Positions 58,363 to 64,000 of a stretch of 64,000 nt of DNA are shown piece after piece. Source of the stretch: Chitinophagales bacterium (GTDB lineage: Bacteria; Bacteroidota; Bacteroidia; Chitinophagales; UBA10324). The translations under genes were made by a program, and so were the position numbers. Each line of letters opens with the position of its first letter. Positions within the stretch are counted from its first letter, which is position 1. The stretch lies in the NCBI GenBank assembly GCA_019694975.1, contig JAIBAY010000007.1, forward strand, positions 1,283 through 65,282, in the 5' to 3' direction. A model generated the notes under the pieces. That model made no database searches, was not told where the DNA came from, and saw nothing but the letters and a program-made list of their open reading frames with translations.

Positions 58363-59038
58363 AGATGAACCGCTGGCCGCAGAAGTGCTGACCGATTATG
58401 TGCGACAGGTTCCGTTCTTACATTTTTTGACCTGGTGCAGCGATGCGGTGCAGGCAATGCAGGTGCTTCGTGAACAACGGGTGGATGTAATTTTCCTCGA
58501 CCTGCATCTGCCGGCCATCAAAGGGTTTGAATTACTGAAGACACTTACACACAAACCCCAAATCATCATCACCACGGCTTATCATGAATATGCATTGCAG
58601 GGTTATGAATGGCAGGTGACCGATTACCTTGTAAAGCCGGTTGAGTTCAGTCGCTTTTTGCAGGCGGCCAATAAACTGGTTGCACCGGTTGAGCCGCAAC
58701 AACCTCTTTCAGGCTCCTTGGTAAATACTGCCGGACATATTTTTGTGACGGTTGATAAGAAGCACGTAAAAATCTTATTTGCGGAAATATTATTCATTGA
58801 AAGCCAGAAAGACTATTTAAAGCTTGTGATGAAAAACAAAACCTTGGTTATCCGTCAGACAATGTATGAGATGGAACAATTGCTTCCTGCCGGTCAGTTT
58901 ATCCGCATTCACCGCTCTTACCTCATATCAAAAGATGCCGTAGAAAAGTGGGATGCTGCTGAAGTTGAAATAAGCGGCCAGACCTTGCCGATTGGAAGAA
59001 ACTATCGCGGGCAGGTGCTGAAGCTGATGCGAGTCTGA
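58334..59038 (+). CDS. LytR/AlgR (LytTR DNA-binding) response regulator
   Basis: The receiver reads CLIVEDEPLAAEVL...VIFLDLHLP and the C-terminal LytTR domain reads FIRIHRSYLISKDAV. It overlaps the kinase gene by 29 nt. Confidence 0.88.
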   Translation: MTKLHCLIVEDEPLAAEVLTDYVRQVPFLHFLTWCSDAVQAMQVLREQRVDVIFLDLHLPAIKGFELLKTLTHKPQIIITTAYHEYALQGYEWQVTDYLVKPVEFSRFLQAANKLVAPVEPQQPLSGSLVNTAGHIFVTVDKKHVKILFAEILFIESQKDYLKLVMKNKTLVIRQTMYEMEQLLPAGQFIRIHRSYLISKDAVEKWDAAEVEISGQTLPIGRNYRGQVLKLMRV

Positions 59039-59512
59039 CATTTCAGCAATGACACCCGTGTTACCAAACGCACAAAATTCCTGAATGCAGGGATTGCTGA
59101 ATTGTGCTGCCAGGGCCATCTGCGAAAACTGCGATTACTGCCGGAGATAACATGCTGCTGCAATCTTGCGCCGAAAGATCAAAAAGCGGATTGCTCCAAT
59201 ACAGAACCTGGAAAAAAGAGATTATCATAATTGATAAAGCACGTCTCATCGAATTTTTTTGCACCAACAAATAGAAACAAATCCGTGCAGGAGTATTGTT
59301 GACATGGGTTTAAGAATCATAGATGAAAGGTTAAGCCGGCAGGAATGGATACAAGCAGTAATAGCTGACAAAAAACAACTGCACCAAATGCATGCTCTGC
59401 CGGTTTAGCCTCTTCGCCGACCGGTTGATAATGATGCTTGCGCTTACTCAGCTGTAATAATATTTGAAACATAATCTACCTTGGCCACCTTAAACCGAAT
59501 CAATACACCCAC

Positions 59513-59986
59513 ATGAATTTATCCAATCAAATCGCAAAAAACTACAGGGACGTTTATTACGGCGGCAACTGGACATGGGTCAACCTGAAAGATACGCTCG
59601 CGGGAATAACATGGGAGCAGGCAGTAGCGAAGGTGTATGATTTCAACACCATCGCTATGCTCGTTTACCATATGCACTACTATGTCCGCGTATCAGCAAA
59701 AGTATTGGAAGGCGGACCGCTTGATGGAAAGGACAGGGACAGTTTCGACGTACCAATCATCGGATCGCAGCAGGAATGGGAACAGTTGCTCCAAAACATG
59801 TGGAAGGACGTTGATCTTTACGCTGCGCTGATTGAACAATTGCCGGAGCAAAAACTATGGGAAACTTTTGTAGACGAGAAATATGGTAACTACTACCGGA
59901 ACCTGCACGGAATAATTGAGCATGTTCATTATCACCTGGGTCAGATTGTACTGATTAAAAAAATCTTATTGCAAAGTAAAGTTTAA
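59513..59986 (+). CDS. DinB-superfamily (four-helix bundle) protein
   Basis: A 157-aa ORF with histidines spaced as in DinB-like proteins (VYHMHYY...IIEHVHYHLGQIVLIKK). Confidence 0.65.
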   Translation: MNLSNQIAKNYRDVYYGGNWTWVNLKDTLAGITWEQAVAKVYDFNTIAMLVYHMHYYVRVSAKVLEGGPLDGKDRDSFDVPIIGSQQEWEQLLQNMWKDVDLYAALIEQLPEQKLWETFVDEKYGNYYRNLHGIIEHVHYHLGQIVLIKKILLQSKV

Positions 59987-60037
59987 GGCGGAGACACGGG
60001 GGCGGTGTAAATACCTTAGCTTGCACTTCAGCAATAA

Positions 60038-62077
60038 ATGAAATCACTTCCTCTTTTATTCCTGCTCCTTGTTTCAGCCGCTAAGTGCTTTGGGCAGTAC
60101 CAGTTTATCTCTCCAAAGCCCGGAGCAAAAAGTCTCCCTGTGCAACACAACATCATCATCCGGCAGGGAAATGTTTTGCTGCATGCCGATTCGCAATTGT
60201 TTTCCATCACAGGCATTAAGAGCGGAAAGGTCCCTTTCAGGATGATTATCTGCGACGATAAAAAAACCCTCAACCTCAACCCTTTGCTTCCCTTTGCCAC
60301 CAATGATACCATTACCGTGATTGCAGCCGAAGGTGCCGTTACCGTGGAAAACGCAGGAGCCATTCCTGTTTTGCAATTCACCTTTACAACCTCCAGCCAA
60401 AAGGCACTGGAAGAGCGGAGCGCAAATAGTCTTTGGGAAAATGAATGGGATGACGTAAATGAAATCGTGCAGAAAGATGCCGCAACCACCGATGATGATG
60501 ACAGCCTTAAACTGTTTACCATTACCACCAACCTGCAGCCTTCTCCGGGCAGTATCTTCTTCGATTGCAAGCCTGCAACCGTTCTACCGGGCGACAGTGG
60601 CCTGCATGTGATAGGCATCATCCAAAACAATGGTGATTCCGTTTATCAGCAATCATTTACCGGCTTGCCTTATGATTTTCATTTGGGCGACAATGGTTAT
60701 TTTATCACTTACCGGAGTGATCGTGGCTGTTACCATATGCTTGATTCCAACTTTCATGTGGTGGATTCTTTTGCCATTGTCAATGGATTTGCCATTGATC
60801 CTCATGACTGCCGGGTAACCGCTGATGGCTATGCATTTATCATCGGTGCGGAAGATCAGCCGGTAGGCGATGAAATGAGCCATGTTTACCGGGGTTCCGT
60901 AATCCAGGGATTCGACCCCCATCACAACATAATTTTCGAGTGGCGGAGCCTGGATTATGTTGATGTCAGCGAAGGCACGCACCTGAATGAGGATGCCAGC
61001 ACGCTCGATTATGTGCACACCAATTCGATCGAGATGGATTTTGATGGTAATATGATCACCTCCAACCGCAATCTCGACCAGGTAAATAAGATTGATATCA
61101 ATACCGGTGAATTCATCTGGCGAATGGGTGGTGTGAAGAATGAATTTACCTTCGTTAATGATCCCCAGAAATTTTCGCGCCAGCACGATTGCCGCCGCTT
61201 GCCCAATGGCAACATCACCCTGTATGACAATGGAAATTTCCATCCGCTGTCGCATTCTGCCGCGAAGGAATACAAACTGGATGAAGTGAATAAAACAGCT
61301 ACCCTGGTGTGGAGCTATAAACGTCCCATGGTGGATGGCATCATTCCCTACTACCTTGCAATGGGAAATGTGCAGCGGCTGGCGAATGGAAATACATTTA
61401 TCAACTGGGGCAAACGATACAACGCCAACCTGCCCAGCATGACAGAAGTTGACAGTGCCGGCAACATTGTTTGGGAAATGAAGCTGTCAGCCGATAAGCA
61501 ATACATCGCTTACCGGGCGCATAAATACGACTGGAATCCCTGTGCGCGCCCTTCTGCCGATTCCATGAAGGTGCGGGATATTACAGGCCACAGTGCAAAG
61601 CTCTCCTGGGAATGCGTGGCCAATGCCAACCAGTTGTATGAAGTGCAATACAAAATTAAGGAGGCGACCACCTGGGCAACACAGACCGTTCTTGCATCTG
61701 CTGATTACCTGGTGCTTTCGTTCCTTCAACCTTCCACTACATACGACTGGCGTGTGAAATCATGGTGCGACACCGTGGCAAATACCGCTTCCGGGTTGAG
61801 CGAAACGAAATCTTTCACTACCGCTTCGGATGCTGACAATACCGTATTGCAGCTTTATCCGAATCCTGCACAAGACGAAGTGATCATTCAATCACCGGGA
61901 ATGGAAACGGTGCAGGTTTTTAATATGCAGGGGCAGTTAATGAAGCAAGTTAACAACGCTCAAGGTGGCACATCAGCGATGGTGCTTTCGATCGCCGCTA
62001 TACCATCCGGGTTATATCTTGTAGTAGCAGGCAATCATGATTACAGGGTGGCGGGTATGCTTTCTGTTGTGAAGTGA
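60038..62077 (+). CDS. arylsulfotransferase (ASST) family beta-propeller protein with FN3 and T9SS sorting domain
   Basis: LDYVHTNSIEMDFDGNMITSNRNLDQVNKID..TGEFIWRMGG...FSRQHDCRRLPNGNITLYDNGN matches the ASST pattern. An FN3 (ITGHSAKLSWE...YEVQYK) follows, and the tail reads LYPNPAQDEVIIQS. Confidence 0.8.
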   Translation: MKSLPLLFLLLVSAAKCFGQYQFISPKPGAKSLPVQHNIIIRQGNVLLHADSQLFSITGIKSGKVPFRMIICDDKKTLNLNPLLPFATNDTITVIAAEGAVTVENAGAIPVLQFTFTTSSQKALEERSANSLWENEWDDVNEIVQKDAATTDDDDSLKLFTITTNLQPSPGSIFFDCKPATVLPGDSGLHVIGIIQNNGDSVYQQSFTGLPYDFHLGDNGYFITYRSDRGCYHMLDSNFHVVDSFAIVNGFAIDPHDCRVTADGYAFIIGAEDQPVGDEMSHVYRGSVIQGFDPHHNIIFEWRSLDYVDVSEGTHLNEDASTLDYVHTNSIEMDFDGNMITSNRNLDQVNKIDINTGEFIWRMGGVKNEFTFVNDPQKFSRQHDCRRLPNGNITLYDNGNFHPLSHSAAKEYKLDEVNKTATLVWSYKRPMVDGIIPYYLAMGNVQRLANGNTFINWGKRYNANLPSMTEVDSAGNIVWEMKLSADKQYIAYRAHKYDWNPCARPSADSMKVRDITGHSAKLSWECVANANQLYEVQYKIKEATTWATQTVLASADYLVLSFLQPSTTYDWRVKSWCDTVANTASGLSETKSFTTASDADNTVLQLYPNPAQDEVIIQSPGMETVQVFNMQGQLMKQVNNAQGGTSAMVLSIAAIPSGLYLVVAGNHDYRVAGMLSVVK

Positions 62078-62201
62078 TTAAAAAAATCTTTGCAGGTTCA
62101 TGATTTCATTAATCAGGCAGGTGCATTATAATCTGCTGTTAATGATGCGGCAAAAAATCCAATACCCGGTAGGCAGTGATTTTTAAATTCCGAACCACGA
62201 T

Positions 62202-62267
62202 CAGAGGATGTCTAGGAGGATTAAAAATCCTCTGCTCAATAAGTCCGGATTGAAATAAATCCGGACT
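62202..62267. repeat. pair of small palindromic hairpins immediately downstream of the DUF262-HNH gene
   Basis: GAGGATT-AAA-AATCCTC lies at 62216..62232, nested in CAGAGGAT...ATCCTCTG. AGTCCGGAT-N8-ATCCGGACT lies at 62242..62267. The latter stem sequence also forms the terminator at 40022. Confidence 0.6.
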
Positions 62268-62279
62268 AGCGTGGGGTCC

Positions 62280-63587
62280 TTATAATAACCGCTTTCCCTT
62301 CCTTGAATTACAACTCCTACACATAAGTGCAGCATTACTTAAAACACTTTTACCTCCTAATGCATAAGGTTTAATATGATCTATTGTAAAATTATCCCAG
62401 GTCAACTTCTCACCACATGATTTGCAATTCTTCGCTAATTCACTATTCCAAATTAACCTTCTTTGTTCGGTGTTGAATCCGCGTTTCTCATCTTTCCTTT
62501 CGAAGATGCCATTAAATAACTGTAAAAGAACCTGCGCTCTTCGATTTCTGGTAGTCGAACTATCGCTGTCCCCGCGTGTAGTAAATAGATAAGCTGCAAA
62601 TAATTGTTGGTCTGGTTTTGCCCCTTTTGCTTTTGAAATTTGAGTTCTGAGTTCGTCGACCCCGTTTGACATCCATTCCAGCAATTTCTGCGCTTGCCAA
62701 TTCCGATTTTTAACTGTTAAAATCATCTTGTCGTTGTTCAGTTGCCACACCATCATGAAAATTGAATACAATTCTGCGGAATTTCTAAACCGGGTTGAAC
62801 GAATATTTGGAAAGAGCCTTTTAACAAGATTCAAGGTGGTGACAAACTCTCTACGGCATCTCTTTAATGACCGGTCATCAATAGTTTTACCACTGATAAT
62901 CCTATCAAGAGCTGTTTTCTTATTCATTAATTGCTTTGTATGAAATGATGCCAATAATTCACAGATCAGCTCAATGTGCTTCATGCGTGATAAAAGGCCT
63001 GCCGATAACACCCTGTTTTCAAGAAAATATTTGTAATATCTGTTACCTAACTGCCCTGCAACTTTTAAAAACTGACTACTATAATACCGGGCATGCCTTT
63101 TTTCCTGGCCTGTAAGCCGCTTGCCAGTAGAATTAATCCTTACAAATAAATCAATTATATCAGTAAGGTCACCGCTGACTTCTACAGTTTGTAATTTATA
63201 ACCGGTAATTTTATGCTCTCTCCTGGATCTTTTAAGCTGCTGCCAATCCCATAATCTATAATTTTCCTCATCACTGAAGCTATATTTAACCTGAAACCAA
63301 TCTCTTTTAAACTGACGAATCCCAAGAAACATCAATATCGATTCAATTCTTTGTTTACCATCTAAAACATCATACTTTAACCTCCCTTTGTCATCCGCAC
63401 TTTTATAAAGAAAAATAGATGGCACCGGATAGTTTTGCAACAATGATTGAATCAATTTCTTTCGATCGTTAAGCGACCACACTGATTGCCTTTGAAAACC
63501 AGGTTCTAGGTTTAACCTTCCTTGATTAAATAGTGAAACAAAATCTTGAACATCTTTGCTTCCATAATCAAAATCCAATGTCTTCAT
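62280..63587 (-). CDS. DUF262 (GmrS/ParB-like) N-terminal domain fused to a C-terminal HNH endonuclease; GmrSD-like type IV restriction candidate
   Basis: N-terminal LEPGFQRQSVW...PVPSIFLY...YDVLDGKQRIESI gives the DUF262 FQR and DGQQR-type boxes. C-terminal CKSCGEKLTWDNFTIDHIKPYALGG...NAALMCRSCNSRKG gives the HNH with flanking Cys pairs. Confidence 0.85.
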   Translation of the reverse strand: MKTLDFDYGSKDVQDFVSLFNQGRLNLEPGFQRQSVWSLNDRKKLIQSLLQNYPVPSIFLYKSADDKGRLKYDVLDGKQRIESILMFLGIRQFKRDWFQVKYSFSDEENYRLWDWQQLKRSRREHKITGYKLQTVEVSGDLTDIIDLFVRINSTGKRLTGQEKRHARYYSSQFLKVAGQLGNRYYKYFLENRVLSAGLLSRMKHIELICELLASFHTKQLMNKKTALDRIISGKTIDDRSLKRCRREFVTTLNLVKRLFPNIRSTRFRNSAELYSIFMMVWQLNNDKMILTVKNRNWQAQKLLEWMSNGVDELRTQISKAKGAKPDQQLFAAYLFTTRGDSDSSTTRNRRAQVLLQLFNGIFERKDEKRGFNTEQRRLIWNSELAKNCKSCGEKLTWDNFTIDHIKPYALGGKSVLSNAALMCRSCNSRKGKRLL

Positions 63588-63666
63588 ATAAGTAAAAGGA
63601 TTTTAGTTGATTCAAGTTCTCTTATTTTTCTGGATATGGTACTGCGTTGCAGCTCGGTCTATTAAT

Positions 63667-63956
63667 CCCGTTGGCGCGGATTTGTAATCACAAGGTACTG
63701 TCTTCATTTCCACTTTTATAACATTAGTCCTCGCTAATCACAAATCGAATTTCGTTGAATTGCTGCACAAAGCTGAAACTTAAAGAAGGGTTCGAACAGC
63801 AGTGATTTGTAATCCGTGTCTATTGAGCAAAGGGATTTTTAATCCCTTTTTTAAAAAGTATCGGCAATGATTTATACGCTCACTTGTTCGCCTCCTGCAA
63901 TGCCCCGTTTGGCGCAAGCGTCCGCTTGTGCCTATAATCTGTAAGCGTCCGCTTAC
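63667..63956. repeat. cluster of short palindromes / REP-like elements upstream of the DUF262-HNH gene
   Basis: CGGATTTGTAATCAC lies at 63677..63691 and GTGATTTGTAATCCG at 63802..63816. AAAGGGATT-TTT-AATCCCTTT plus a T-run lies at 63829..63852. CAAGCG-TC-CGCTTG lies at 63915..63928 and GTAAGCG-TC-CGCTTAC at 63941..63956. CCCGTT(T)GGCGC occurs twice. Confidence 0.55.
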
Positions 63957-64000
63957 TATTAAAAGTAGGCAATTAAGATAACTTTTAATGGTCCCCTTTC

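Noticed and set aside
60028-61255. Two 200-aa minus-strand ORFs (60028..60630 and 60653..61255).
   Set aside because: Both are antisense to the arylsulfotransferase gene, which has clear family motifs, a signal peptide and a sorting domain.
63786-63800. GGGTTCGAAC resembles a tRNA T-loop (GGTTCGAA), raising the possibility of a tRNA or an att site next to the DUF262-HNH island.
   Set aside because: The flanking bases do not form a T-stem, and no acceptor, D or anticodon arms can be folded around it.

Overview
This 64-kb chromosomal window looks like a Bacteroidota genome. The main clue is that ten intact genes and two gene remnants end in a Type IX secretion (T9SS) C-terminal sorting domain of the form xYPNPxxxxxxxxF. 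By hand count, ordinary lines run at about 48% GC.

Housekeeping and accessory content:
- A minus-strand glycogen catabolism operon: glgP, glgX and an esterase, with galE further downstream.
- PPK2, a SulP anion transporter next to a disrupted beta-carbonic anhydrase, and a class-V aminotransferase.
- A di-haem cytochrome c, two class III nucleotidyl cyclases, a receiver protein and a LytS/LytTR two-component pair.
- A catalase next to a DUF417 (RclC-like) membrane protein.
- Many secreted T9SS cargo proteins: M4 protease, two paralogous PPC-repeat proteins, NHL, Kelch/LamG and FG-GAP propellers, sulfatase, PLD-family nuclease and arylsulfotransferase.

I found no rRNA, tRNA, CRISPR array, transposase or integrase.

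Most interesting observations:
1. An AT-rich 2.4-kb cassette (28.2-30.6 kb) lies between the N- and C-terminal remnants of a T9SS cargo gene. It encodes a ParB/Srx-fold protein translationally coupled (TAATG) to an unassignable protein with a very acidic N-terminus and an Mrr-like GDGGLD...GQC motif. This is a candidate undescribed two-gene defence module.
2. A 1.4-kb hierarchical tandem array (7013-8385) is built from 21-bp subrepeats grouped into nine higher-order units of 143, 164 or 185 bp. Each unit has a GCGATCGC-containing junction and a hairpin. Most units carry a 40-54 codon Cys-rich plus-strand ORF whose ATG sits in the hairpin arm.
3. A second AT-rich single-gene island (62280-63587) encodes a DUF262-HNH (GmrSD-like) protein flanked by clusters of small GGATT/AATCC-type palindromes.

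Several apparent frameshifts sit at A/T homopolymers and would each be repaired by adding one base, so pseudogene calls need read-level confirmation.
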